In this document: positions 28,204 to 37,054 of the stretch, in pieces
Position numbering within the stretch: the first letter of the stretch is position 1
Layout of the letters: each line of letters begins with the position of its first letter
NCBI GenBank assembly: GCA_965222315.1
Contig: OZ244951.1
Coordinates: 1,644,346-1,708,345 of the forward strand
Direction of reading: 5' to 3'
Length of the DNA: 64,000 nucleotides
Source: Alphaproteobacteria bacterium
GTDB taxonomy: Bacteria > Pseudomonadota > Alphaproteobacteria > Bin95
The notes under the pieces: generated by a model
Seen by the model: only the letters and a program-made list of their open reading frames with translations
What the model was told of the DNA's origin: nothing
Databases searched by the model: none
Made by a program: the position numbers and the translations under genes

Positions 28204-28826
28204 GTTGCCTTATCCGTACGTTTTTTCATTGCACCGCGAATCTTGGGCACTGCAATCTCTCTGGGCTCGTGATAGTCAATCGTGCTGGCGAAGCGTCCAC
28301 CTGCGTCAAACACAAACACACTGGCTGTGTGATCCATTGTATAGTCGCTACCTTCAACTGGTACTTTTTTGTAGGTGATTCGGAAAGCTTCCGCGGCGCG
28401 GGCGACCTGATTCTCCGGCCCGGTCCAGCCGCGAATTGCGGGATGGAAAAAGCCTACATATTTCGCCATCGTCTCCACCGTGTCGCGCGCGGGATCAACC
28501 GTGATGAATGCGACATTCAGCCGTTCCGCATCTTCGCCCATCGCTTCGAGCCAATCCGAGATGTCCGCCAGAGTGGTCGGGCAAACATCGGGGCAATATG
28601 TGAAGCCAAAGAACACCAGGGATGTGCGTCCGATCAATGTCTCCGGACCCACTGGCTGTCCGTCATGATCGATCAGACGAAAGCCCATTGATGACAGCGC
28701 ACGGGGCCTTAGTGCCACAGGTTCGGGCGCACCGGGGCCGTCCACCTGCCACCAGCCGGCGAATAACGCCAAACCGAGCGCGCCGAGCCCCGCTGCGACG
28801 TAACCCAGAAACGCGCGCCGCTGCAT
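28200..28826 (-). CDS. SCO1/SenC-family copper chaperone (thioredoxin fold)
   Basis: FFGFTYCPDVCPTTL plus conserved His in MDHTASVFVFD. Membrane anchor present. Confidence 0.85.
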   Translation of the reverse strand: MQRRAFLGYVAAGLGALGLALFAGWWQVDGPGAPEPVALRPRALSSMGFRLIDHDGQPVGPETLIGRTSLVFFGFTYCPDVCPTTLADISDWLEAMGEDAERLNVAFITVDPARDTVETMAKYVGFFHPAIRGWTGPENQVARAAEAFRITYKKVPVEGSDYTMDHTASVFVFDAGGRFASTIDYHEPREIAVPKIRGAMKKRTDKAT

Positions 28827-29323
28827 TACCCTTCTGGCCCACGTGCCCCCAGACTTAGGATGGGCACCTCCACCGTCACCTTACCACCGTCGGCGAAGGT
28901 AATCGTCAGCGGGAATGTCTCTCCTTCGGTCATCGGGGCTTGCAGTTGCATCAGCATCGCGTGCCGCCCGCCAGGTTCCAGCGCCACCGTCTCGCCGGCA
29001 GCTATGGTGATCCTACCCGCTGGAGCCATGGTGCTGACCCCTTTGTCATTCGTCGCGGTGCGGTGGATTTCAGCCATCATCGCGATAGGCGTCGCGATAC
29101 TGGTCACCGTCACTGGCTCACTGCCGGTATTGCGCAGCATCATATAGGCCACGCCGGGCCGTGTTGTGCCGATTGATGCACGCGCCCAAGGGCTTTCGAT
29201 CACGACATCCTCCGATCCGGCGAGCGCTGTTTCTGGGATCATGAACGAGAGAGCTAAGGCCACCAGAGCCGCGAGGATAGATTTCTTCATTTGACTTCTT
29301 GTCCGTCTGTCCTTTTTGACCAC
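28826..29323 (-). CDS. PCu(A)C copper chaperone (DUF461)
   Basis: ESPWARAS...AYMMLRNTG...EIH...GGRHAMLMQLQAPMTEGETFPLTITF (H/M-rich Cu(I) motifs). Confidence 0.85.
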   Translation of the reverse strand: MVKKDRRTRSQMKKSILAALVALALSFMIPETALAGSEDVVIESPWARASIGTTRPGVAYMMLRNTGSEPVTVTSIATPIAMMAEIHRTATNDKGVSTMAPAGRITIAAGETVALEPGGRHAMLMQLQAPMTEGETFPLTITFADGGKVTVEVPILSLGARGPEG

Positions 29324-30087
29324 TATTCGGAAGCGGCGACCTTCGCCGCAACCAACGCCCGCAACTCCTCCACCCCAAACGGGTTAAGCGGTTGCCCATT
29401 TACAAAAAATGTCGGGGTTTGGCGAACGCCCAAATTTTGAACGTCCATGCGGTCCTGATCGAACACCGTATTCACCCTAGGCAAGTTCATCTGCCGCTGC
29501 GCGGCGTCGGGATCCAGCCCAGCGGTGGTAGCAATCTCGAGAATTGGTCCCGCGTTCGATGCTTCGTGCGAGGCCCAACGCGGCTGTTCGCGCAGGACGG
29601 CCTCCAGCACCGGCTCATAGACGCCCTGCATCCGCGCCGCCTCCAAAACGCGGATCGCCTGCTCTGACGCGTCGCCGTGGAATGGCGTGTAGCGGAGCAC
29701 CAGCCGGACCGAGTCTCCGTGTTTGGCCATGATGTCCTTGACGATTGGGTAGAAGGCGCGGCAGGCCTCGCAAGCTGGGTCAAAAAACTCAACAATGGTT
29801 ACCGGCGCTTCCGCAGGCCCAAGAACTGGCGAATAAAAGCGCTGTAAGACAGGTTCAGTCGATTTAGCGCTAGAGGCCGTTTTCGCAACGGGGGCGGCTG
29901 CCTGCTGCGATGCGGCACGTGGCCCAGTTGTCGATGTTTCGGCAACTTGGGGCGAGTTTGCTGTCCTATCCGCAGAATCCGATGAAGACATGGCTTGAGG
30001 CTCGGGTTGCGTCACGTACCAAGCCGCCGCGGCAAATACTGCTAAGGCGAGGCCAACGACAGACAATACAAGTGTTTTTCGGGTCAT
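29323..30087 (-). CDS. DsbA/BdbD-like thiol-disulfide oxidoreductase
   Basis: VTIVEFFDPACEACRAFYP (CxxC). Signal anchor and low-complexity linker present. Confidence 0.8.
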   Translation of the reverse strand: MTRKTLVLSVVGLALAVFAAAAWYVTQPEPQAMSSSDSADRTANSPQVAETSTTGPRAASQQAAAPVAKTASSAKSTEPVLQRFYSPVLGPAEAPVTIVEFFDPACEACRAFYPIVKDIMAKHGDSVRLVLRYTPFHGDASEQAIRVLEAARMQGVYEPVLEAVLREQPRWASHEASNAGPILEIATTAGLDPDAAQRQMNLPRVNTVFDQDRMDVQNLGVRQTPTFFVNGQPLNPFGVEELRALVAAKVAASE

Positions 30088-30509
30088 GGTCGGGGTACCT
30101 TTAACGAGAGAGCGGACAAGCCTGCAACTAATACAAAGGCCAAAAGCGATAGAATGGGAATTGGAACGCCAAGGATCAGTTGGTTACTGTCGGTGCAGGA
30201 GGGGCCGGTCGCCGTGCACGGCTCGATCGGCTCTGGAATTAGGCCGACATAGAGCCCCGAATGCCAAAGGGCGATAGCGCCGCCAGCCAGACTCAGAACC
30301 ACGCCGTATCGCCCTACGCGCGGATCCTGCCACCACAGCCCCAGGCCCAAAATAATGGCCAGTGGAAACATGAACGCGCGTTGATACCAGCACAGAATGC
30401 AGGGCATTTGGCCCAACACCTCTCCGATGAACAGCACTGCGAGCGACGCGGCCAGCGCGACACCCCAGGCGGCTGCCAGTGCCGTATCGCCACAAACCCT
30501 TCTCATCAT
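30084..30509 (-). CDS. DsbB/BdbC-like disulfide bond formation protein
   Basis: 4-TM protein with CILCWYQR and a second pair CTATGPSC. Start set at MMRRV (30509), overlapping the upstream stop. Confidence 0.75.
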   Translation of the reverse strand: MMRRVCGDTALAAAWGVALAASLAVLFIGEVLGQMPCILCWYQRAFMFPLAIILGLGLWWQDPRVGRYGVVLSLAGGAIALWHSGLYVGLIPEPIEPCTATGPSCTDSNQLILGVPIPILSLLAFVLVAGLSALSLKVPRP

Positions 30510-31114
30510 CCGGTTACTCGCTTGTTTAGGTCGGCAAGGATCTCTTCGACCGGCGTGCGGTAGGGCCATGCCTTCACGTAGCCGCCGGATGGGTCGAATA
30601 GAAATAGTTGGGAGGAGTGACCCATGGTGTAGCCGCCCGCCGCCGCAGCCTCCTCAATCTTTTCATAGAAGATGTAGAAGTTGTCCGCCGTTTGCTCGAT
30701 CTGGTCCGGCGTCCCGGTCAGGCCGATGATTCCCGCCTCGAAATGCGGCACGAATTCAGCGAGTGCAGCAGGGGTATCGCGTTCGGGATCGATGGAGATG
30801 AAAAGAGGCTGGACCTGTCCCGCTTTGGCGCCAAGACCGTCCATAACCGCCGCAACCTCGGCCAGCGTGGTCGGACAGACATCGGGGCAGTTGGCGAATC
30901 CAAAGAAGACAAGTAGCCAGCGGCCGGCAAAGTCTTCATCCGTGCGGACTTTACCTTGATGGTCGGTTAATTCGAAATCGGCATAATAGGCGGGTTCCTG
31001 TGAGCGGCTTGTGGTGTCATCGCGGTATTCGGTCCAAAACAGAAGCGACCCGAATGCTATGACACCAGCAATTGCTAGCGCCCAAAGGGTTTTCTGAAGC
31101 GGAGTAAATTTCAA
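30506..31114 (-). CDS. SCO1/SenC-family copper chaperone
   Basis: FFGFANCPDVCPTTL and MGHSSQLFLFD. Confidence 0.85.
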   Translation of the reverse strand: MKFTPLQKTLWALAIAGVIAFGSLLFWTEYRDDTTSRSQEPAYYADFELTDHQGKVRTDEDFAGRWLLVFFGFANCPDVCPTTLAEVAAVMDGLGAKAGQVQPLFISIDPERDTPAALAEFVPHFEAGIIGLTGTPDQIEQTADNFYIFYEKIEEAAAAGGYTMGHSSQLFLFDPSGGYVKAWPYRTPVEEILADLNKRVTG

Positions 31115-31148
31115 AGGGTATGCCTGCGTGTGGTCGTGTTTGCAGGCT

Positions 31149-31179
31149 TGGCTAAACCCTGTACCTCCTAGAGGTTCAA
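31149..31179 (-). promoter_or_regulatory. MerR-type promoter (19-bp spacer) for the SCO...lspA operon
   Basis: Minus strand reads TTGAAC-CTCTAGGAGGTACAGGGTT-TAGCCA. Lies between divergent merR no. 2 and the first SCO gene. Confidence 0.5.
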
Positions 31180-31286
31180 GCGGCTATCCTGTCGCTCCGG
31201 CGCAGCCATAACGCCCCGACCTGATAAAACGGACTTGCCGATAGGCAATCCAAAATCTACATAGACTGTATGTTTCAGGAGGTCCG

Positions 31287-31715
31287 ATGCTGACAATTGG
31301 CGCGCTAGCGAAGAAGACCGGAACCAAGGCGCAGACCATCCGGTACTATGAACAAATCGAGTTGATGCCGGAACCAGGCCGCACCGAGGGCGGGCAGCGT
31401 CGCTATGGCGATGCAGAACTCGACCGGTTGTCCTTCATCCGGCATGCCCGACAGCTAGGATTTACGCTAGAGGCGATCCGCGAGCTCCTTGATCTGTCCG
31501 ACCATCCGGACCAGCCCTGCTGCGAAGCCGACACGATAGCCCGGCGTCAGTTGAAGCAGGTTGAGCAGCGCCTTGCCCGACTCAAGGCGTTGCGTACCGA
31601 ACTTAAGCGCATGGTACATGAATGCGACGGCGGCCGCACAGCGGATTGCCGTGTGTTGGAGGTCTTGCGCGACCATTCCGAATGTCTGACGAACCACGAC
31701 AGGATCGGTATCTGA
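31287..31715 (+). CDS. MerR-family metal sensor, divalent-type (no. 2)
   Basis: TIRYYEQIELMPEPGRTEGGQRRY. Cys at the C79-equivalent (DQPCCEAD). C-x7-C loop ECDGGRTADC. Confidence 0.8.
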   Translation: MLTIGALAKKTGTKAQTIRYYEQIELMPEPGRTEGGQRRYGDAELDRLSFIRHARQLGFTLEAIRELLDLSDHPDQPCCEADTIARRQLKQVEQRLARLKALRTELKRMVHECDGGRTADCRVLEVLRDHSECLTNHDRIGI

Positions 31716-31780
31716 GATTGCAGCCGAAATAATCAAATAGTAAGTCAACTGAGTGTTGCGCCGCCGCAAGCCTGCGCTTG

Positions 31781-31806
31781 GCATTCTTAGGCTCATCTAA
31801 GAATGC
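31781..31806. terminator. Perfect 10-bp stem hairpin between convergent merR genes (possible bidirectional terminator)
   Basis: GCATTCTTAG-gctcat-CTAAGAATGC. No clear U-tract on either side. Confidence 0.3.
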
Positions 31807-31902
31807 ACCGTAAAGTGAAGCGCCAACAACACTGCTCGCGCAATCATCGATATTAAAAGATCAATCGCCTGTTTGGCCGAACGTCAAGCAATACGACCGA
31901 AA

Positions 31903-32316
31903 TCAATGCGCATCCTCGCAGAGAGAATGGTCGGCCAGGGCTTTCAAAACATAGCATTGTGATGCTTTATCTGCAGAGCATCTGGACGCGATTCGATCCA
32001 ACTCGCTCTCTAATCGCTTGAGTTTCACAATGCGCGCGCGAACCGCAAAAAGTTGTTCGCGCGCGATCCTGGTTGCTTCTTGGCAAGACCGGTCCGGTTG
32101 GTCACTCAGTTCCAAGAGTTCCCGGATCGCCTCGACCGAAAACCCGAGATCGCGGGCGTGGCGGATAAAGCCAAGGCGTTCGACCGCCTGGCTGCTGTAG
32201 CGCCGCTGATTTCCTTCGGAGCGCTCGGGCTCAGGCAAGAGCCCTACCTGCTCATAGTAGCGGATCGTCGGCACTTTTACGCCACTCATCTTGGACAGTG
32301 AGCCAATAGAAACCAT
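31903..32316 (-). CDS. MerR-family metal sensor, divalent-type, CadR/PbrR/ZntR-like (no. 3)
   Basis: TIRYYEQVGLLPEPERSEGNQRRY. Cys at the C79-equivalent (DRSCQEAT). C-x7-C loop RCSADKASQC. Confidence 0.8.
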   Translation of the reverse strand: MVSIGSLSKMSGVKVPTIRYYEQVGLLPEPERSEGNQRRYSSQAVERLGFIRHARDLGFSVEAIRELLELSDQPDRSCQEATRIAREQLFAVRARIVKLKRLESELDRIASRCSADKASQCYVLKALADHSLCEDAH

Positions 32317-32327
32317 AAAAAAACCTC

Positions 32328-32358
32328 TTGAACCTCTAGTCGCTATAGAGAATAGAGT
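32328..32358 (+). promoter_or_regulatory. MerR-type promoter (19-bp spacer) for the SHOCT-dctQM genes
   Basis: TTGAAC-CTCTAGTCGCTATAGAGAA-TAGAGT. The CTCTA...TAGAG dyad resembles PbrR/CadR-type operators. Confidence 0.6.
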
Positions 32359-32521
32359 TTGAACGGCTATTTGGAAAGGATCTTGTTATCTGGAAAGGAT
32401 CTCGTGATGTCAGCCTGCGGTGGCGACGGCGTAAGGTTTGACGGTGCATCTGACGCCTATAAGGGACGGCTCTGGATCGTAACATCGTAACAACCTTAAA
32501 TGAGACGAGGTTCGGTCAGGA

Positions 32522-32893
32522 ATGGAACATGGAAGAAAGGTCTCAAAGGTGGGTCGATTCACTCAGGCAATAAGCGGTGTCACCATTCTCACTTTGACGA
32601 CGAAAAGCGCAGTCGCGCAGCAGACCGGCAGCCCGGGATATGGCCACGGTTGGTGGGAAGGATCGTGGCACGGCTGGATGTTCGGGCCATTCGGAATGCT
32701 GTTGATGGTGGCGCTGGTCGTTGTTGCTGTCGTTTTGGTGGTCCGGCTTGCCAGTCCGCGCAGAGGTAATGACGAGGGTCGTGCGCGTCATTCATCGCAA
32801 CCGACGCCGCTCGATATTCTAAAAGAACGGTTCGCCCGAGGGGAGATCGACCAAGTGGAATTTGAAGAGAAAAGGCGTATTCTCAATGAGTGA
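32522..32893 (+). CDS. SHOCT-domain membrane protein
   Basis: GYGHGWWEGSWHGWMFGPFG, one TM segment, then C-terminal LDILKERFARGEIDQVEFEEKRRIL. Start codon uncertain. Confidence 0.65.
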   Translation: MEHGRKVSKVGRFTQAISGVTILTLTTKSAVAQQTGSPGYGHGWWEGSWHGWMFGPFGMLLMVALVVVAVVLVVRLASPRRGNDEGRARHSSQPTPLDILKERFARGEIDQVEFEEKRRILNE

Positions 32894-33428
32894 CTCTAAC
32901 AAAGAAATTTTAGAACCTGAACACGACGAATATCTCGGCTTTTTCGCAAAAATCTGCAAAATATTTAGCCGAATTTCTGCATATATTTTTTTACCCGCAT
33001 TAATGTCGGTCGCTATCTTTGACATAATTGGTCGAAAATTCGCCAATGTTGGGTCTACGCAACTGCAGGAGCTGCAGTGGCATTTCTTCTTTGCGGCGGT
33101 GATGTTGAGCATCGCATACACCTATCTGTCCGACGGACATGTGAGGATCGATGTTCTGCGCAACCGCTTTTCGCCCCGGCTGCGTGCTTGGGTCGAGATT
33201 TTGGGGTGTGTGTTTGGCCTTGCGCCACTAGCAATTTTGCTGATGTGGGCTGGCGGAGATCAGGCCTGGCGTGCCTTTGAAGCCGGTGAACGGTCGAGCG
33301 CTGCCCTTGGGCTAGAACAGCGATGGATCATTAAATCTGCAGTACCCTTGGCGGGGCTGTTGCTGATGATTGCAGCGGCGCGGGTTGTCGGTCGGCAAGT
33401 CAAATTCATCCAGACCGGCAAGAATTGA
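32886..33428 (+). CDS. dctQ: TRAP transporter small permease (DctQ family)
   Basis: 4-TM, ~180 aa, directly upstream of dctM. GHVRIDVL motif. ATG at 32886 overlaps the SHOCT stop. 5' part is AT-rich. Confidence 0.7.
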   Translation: MSDSNKEILEPEHDEYLGFFAKICKIFSRISAYIFLPALMSVAIFDIIGRKFANVGSTQLQELQWHFFFAAVMLSIAYTYLSDGHVRIDVLRNRFSPRLRAWVEILGCVFGLAPLAILLMWAGGDQAWRAFEAGERSSAALGLEQRWIIKSAVPLAGLLLMIAAARVVGRQVKFIQTGKN

Positions 33429-33440
33429 GCACCCATCCGC

Positions 33441-34811
33441 ATGCAAACAATTGAAATCTATCTGCCGTTGATAATGGCCGCCGCCCTCGGGCTGTTGCTG
33501 TTCAGCGGCTATCCGGTGGCTTTGGTCTTGTCCGCTGTGGGCATCGGCTTTGCCCTGATCGGCATCAGTTTTGACCTGATGTCGGCCATGGAGATGTACA
33601 ACATCCCGGCACGTGCCTACGGCATGATTGGCGAAAACCTCATTTACCCGGCGGTCCCGATGCTGATCTTTATGGGGATCCTTTTGGAGCGCAGCCAGAT
33701 CGCCAGGGAATTGCTGGAATGCCTTCAAGTTATCATGCGGCGCGTACCGGCGAGTTTGGCGATCGCGACTGCAGTGATCGGCCTCATCCTAGCTCCCGCT
33801 GCAGGCCTTGTCGGCGCATCCGTTGCGACGATTGGATTGATCGCGCTCCCAACAATGCTGCAGCGCGGCTATCGCCCGTCTTTCGCAAGCGGCACCGTCG
33901 CCTCGGCAGGAACCCTCGGCATCATCTTCCCGCCGGCGATCATGCTGTTTTTCTTGGCTGATCTGCTCGGCATCCGGATTGCTGTGATGTTCACCGTAAC
34001 GATTGTACCGGTTGGCATCATTTTTTCTCTGATGCTGGCCTATTTCCTGATCCGTGCCATCCTGGATCCGACCGTTGCCCCCAAAGCCGAGTCGCTGCCT
34101 CGCATGACTGTGGCGCAATTGCTGCTTTACATCCTGCGCAGCTTTGCTTTCCCGACCGCGCTAATCGTGATGATTCTGGGTTCGATCGTAGCCGGAATTG
34201 CGACGCCAACCCAGTCCGGTGCGGTGGGCGCTGCTGGCGCGGTTCTGCTGACTATTCTCAACCGGAGCATTTCACTCTTCATGCTGGCAGATGCTCTCCG
34301 GCAAACCGTCAAAATGACCGGGATGGTCTTCTTTGTCGTTATCGGCGCATCGGTATTTTCTTATACGTTCAGGTCGCTTGGCGGTGATGAGCTGATTTTC
34401 GACCTAATGGAAGCAGCGGGACTTGGGGCATGGGGTATGCTTTTCCTCGTTCTCGGCGTCATCTTTGCGCTTGGTTTCATTATCGATTGGATTGAAATAG
34501 CATTGATTACCTTGCCAATATTTTTTCCGATCCTGTCGGGATTGGATTTTGGCGATGCTTTCGGGTCTAGAGAGCAGATGATGGCCTGGATAGCTGTTCT
34601 GATCGCGATAAATCTTCAAACGTCATTTTTGACGCCACCATTTGGGTTCGCGTTGTTTTTCCTCAAAGGCGTGTCACCGCCACAGATAAGTCTTTCAGAT
34701 ATATATAAAGGTGCAGCACCAATTGTTTGCCTGCAGTTACTTGCATTGGCAATCATCATAATTATACCGGATCTAGTGCTTTGGCTTCCCTACAAAATTC
34801 TAGGAAATTAG
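33441..34811 (+). CDS. dctM: TRAP transporter large permease (DctM family)
   Basis: 456-aa polytopic protein with the typical DctM layout (LFSGYPVALVL..., LIALPTM, FLTPPFGFALFFLKG). Confidence 0.8.
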   Translation: MQTIEIYLPLIMAAALGLLLFSGYPVALVLSAVGIGFALIGISFDLMSAMEMYNIPARAYGMIGENLIYPAVPMLIFMGILLERSQIARELLECLQVIMRRVPASLAIATAVIGLILAPAAGLVGASVATIGLIALPTMLQRGYRPSFASGTVASAGTLGIIFPPAIMLFFLADLLGIRIAVMFTVTIVPVGIIFSLMLAYFLIRAILDPTVAPKAESLPRMTVAQLLLYILRSFAFPTALIVMILGSIVAGIATPTQSGAVGAAGAVLLTILNRSISLFMLADALRQTVKMTGMVFFVVIGASVFSYTFRSLGGDELIFDLMEAAGLGAWGMLFLVLGVIFALGFIIDWIEIALITLPIFFPILSGLDFGDAFGSREQMMAWIAVLIAINLQTSFLTPPFGFALFFLKGVSPPQISLSDIYKGAAPIVCLQLLALAIIIIIPDLVLWLPYKILGN

Positions 34812-34949
34812 AAACTGCAGTTTTTTCCAATAAAACCATGATTTATGTGAGTGGTCGAGAATAGTCAATATCTGTGAAAAGGCCGGTACTTGCGGCGCAT
34901 AACACTTTGTGATTCCATCATTTGCAGTCGAGTTTGGAGGTTTGGCCAG

Positions 34950-35117
34950 ATGAAGGGGCGACAGGCAGAGCCAGACCGGCTGTTTTATGACTTCTGTCTC
35001 GGCTACCATGTCCCTGCAGATCATTTGCTGAGGCAGGTCAACTGTTTCCCGGACCTTGAATGCCTTCGACCGGAGTTTGCCGGTCTCTACAGCGGTGTAG
35101 GTGGAGACCCGCATTAA
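34950..35117 (+). pseudogene. IS5/IS1182-type transposase N-terminal fragment
   Basis: MKGRQAEPDRLFYDFCLGYHVPADHLLRQV... Only ~55 codons remain. Confidence 0.4.
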
Positions 35118-35371
35118 CCTCGCGGATTTCCGTTATGTGATTGTGGGATGGCCCGCCCCTTTTATACCAACTGCAGGGGATAGTGACTTTCACCTCGAGT
35201 AGCCCCGGATCGGAGTCCGGGGCATATCGAGTGGCCGGCGACTGTATCCCTCGATACGCCGGCTGCGGCGGCACTCGGGATGAAGGAGAGAGGAGATCAT
35301 TATTCACTGTCGTTAGTATTAGGAGCAATCGTTTAGGTTGCTTCTGCTTCAAGCGAGAGAAGAACGGAGCT

Positions 35372-35607
35372 ATGTCGATATATGTTCTTGGAATTGATCT
35401 TGGTAAGAACGTTTGCAGTCTCGTCGGGTTGGATGAGACGGGCGCTGTGGTTATGCGCCGGCGCCTTCGACGTGATGGCGTTCTGGATTTCGTCGGCAGG
35501 CTCCCAGTCTGCGTCGTGGCGATGGAAGTGTGCTGCGGGGCCCACCATCTTGGACGCGTGCTTGGGGCTGCGGGCCACACGATCCGCCTGATGTCGCCGA
35601 AATATGT
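35372..35607 (+). pseudogene. IS110-family transposase (host element), 5' part, split by IS66 insertion
   Basis: MSIYVLGIDLGKNVCSLVGLDETGAVVMRRRL...VAMEVCCGAHHLGRVLGAAGHTIRLMSPKYV. Continues at 41777. Confidence 0.8.
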
Positions 35608-35713
35608 GTAACCGTCCGGCCTGACTGCTCTTGCGGAGAGGGGCTGAACCGCGATCCTGCCCGATAGTGTGGGCGTAAATGTCCACTAACGTTAATGGAC
35701 ACTTGAGGCGGGA

Positions 35714-36076
35714 TTGATGGCAACGGCGAAGCGGCGGGTCCGTCGGTTTTGGCCGGACGACGAGAAGCGCCGCATTGTGGCGCAAACGCAGGTGCCGGGC
35801 GTGTCGGTCGCGCAGGTTGCCCGTCGCTACGACCTCAATGCCAACCAGGTTTTCAACTGGCTGCGCGATCCGCGCTTTCAGCCGGCTGATGACGCAACGG
35901 CGCCGGCGCACTTTCTCCCTCTTGAGGTCATTGACGAGCCGGCACGCCACCATCCATCAACACCGCCGGTTGCTGGCTGTATCGAGATCGCCTTGGCGAA
36001 CGGGCGCAGCATCCGGTTGGTCGGCGACGTCGATATGGATGCGGTTGCCCGCTTGGTTCGGAGCCTGGAGGCGTGA
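35714..36076 (+). CDS. tnpA: IS66 accessory protein TnpA
   Basis: [46 protein letters not shown]. Confidence 0.8.
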   Translation: MMATAKRRVRRFWPDDEKRRIVAQTQVPGVSVAQVARRYDLNANQVFNWLRDPRFQPADDATAPAHFLPLEVIDEPARHHPSTPPVAGCIEIALANGRSIRLVGDVDMDAVARLVRSLEA

Positions 36077-36420
36077 TCCCTGTTCCGGCCTCGACGAGGA
36101 TCTGGCTCGCCGGCGGCGTCACCGACATGCGCAAGGGCTTTGCCGGACTGGCAGCGTCTGCCGAGGCAATCCTGAACGCCGATCCCTATGGCGGGCACCT
36201 GTTCGTCTTCCGTGGCCGCCGTGGCGATCTGGTGAAGATCATCTGGTGGGACGCCCAGGGTGCGTGCCTGTTTTCCAAGCACCTGGAGAAGGGTCGCTTC
36301 GTCTGGCCGTCGGTCGCCGACGGCAAGGTGCACGTCACCGCGGCGCAGTTGTCGATGCTGCTGGAGGGCATCGACTGGCGCGCTCCGTTGCGGACCTGGC
36401 GACCGTTGGCGACGGGCTAG
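36073..36420 (+). CDS. tnpB: IS66 accessory protein TnpB
   Basis: [20 protein letters not shown]...[39 protein letters not shown]. Confidence 0.85.
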   Translation: MIPVPASTRIWLAGGVTDMRKGFAGLAASAEAILNADPYGGHLFVFRGRRGDLVKIIWWDAQGACLFSKHLEKGRFVWPSVADGKVHVTAAQLSMLLEGIDWRAPLRTWRPLATG

Positions 36421-37054
36421 AAGGCCATGTTTTCTGCCATTTTTCGACCGTTCTGGGATTCCCCGTAAGCGTTCGATTTGCTAGCTTTTTGCCATGATTA
36501 GCGATGCAAAAGACCTGCCTGACGATCCGGCCCTGCTGAAGGGCTTGATCGCCTCGTTGACATCGGAACTGACCAGCCGCGACGTGCTGATCGCCAAGCT
36601 GCAGCACCAGCTTTCCGGCCTTCGCCGGCATCAGTTCGGTTCACGCTCGGAGAGCATCGACCAGCTCGAACTGACGCTTGAAGAGCAGGAGATCGCCCGC
36701 GCCGCCGACGCGCCGGTCACAAATGACCTTCCGCAGTAAGGCGAGAAGCAACAGCCGAAGCGCCGCCCTTTGCCGGAGCACCTGGTCCGGGAAGAGGTCA
36801 CCCTTTCACCTGGAACCGCCTGTGCTGCGTGCGGCGGCAAACTGCGCGAACTCGGCCGGGACGTGACCGAAGAGCTGGAGTACGTGCCCGGCCGCTTCAT
36901 CGTGAACCGGATCGTTCGGCCACGCATGGCGTGCTCATGCTGTGAAGAGATCGTGCAGGCAGCGCTGCCGTCGCGTCCGATTGAGCGCGGCAGGCCGGGG
37001 CCGGGACTGCTGACGCATGTGCTGGTCGGTAAATACGCCGATCACCTGCCGCTT

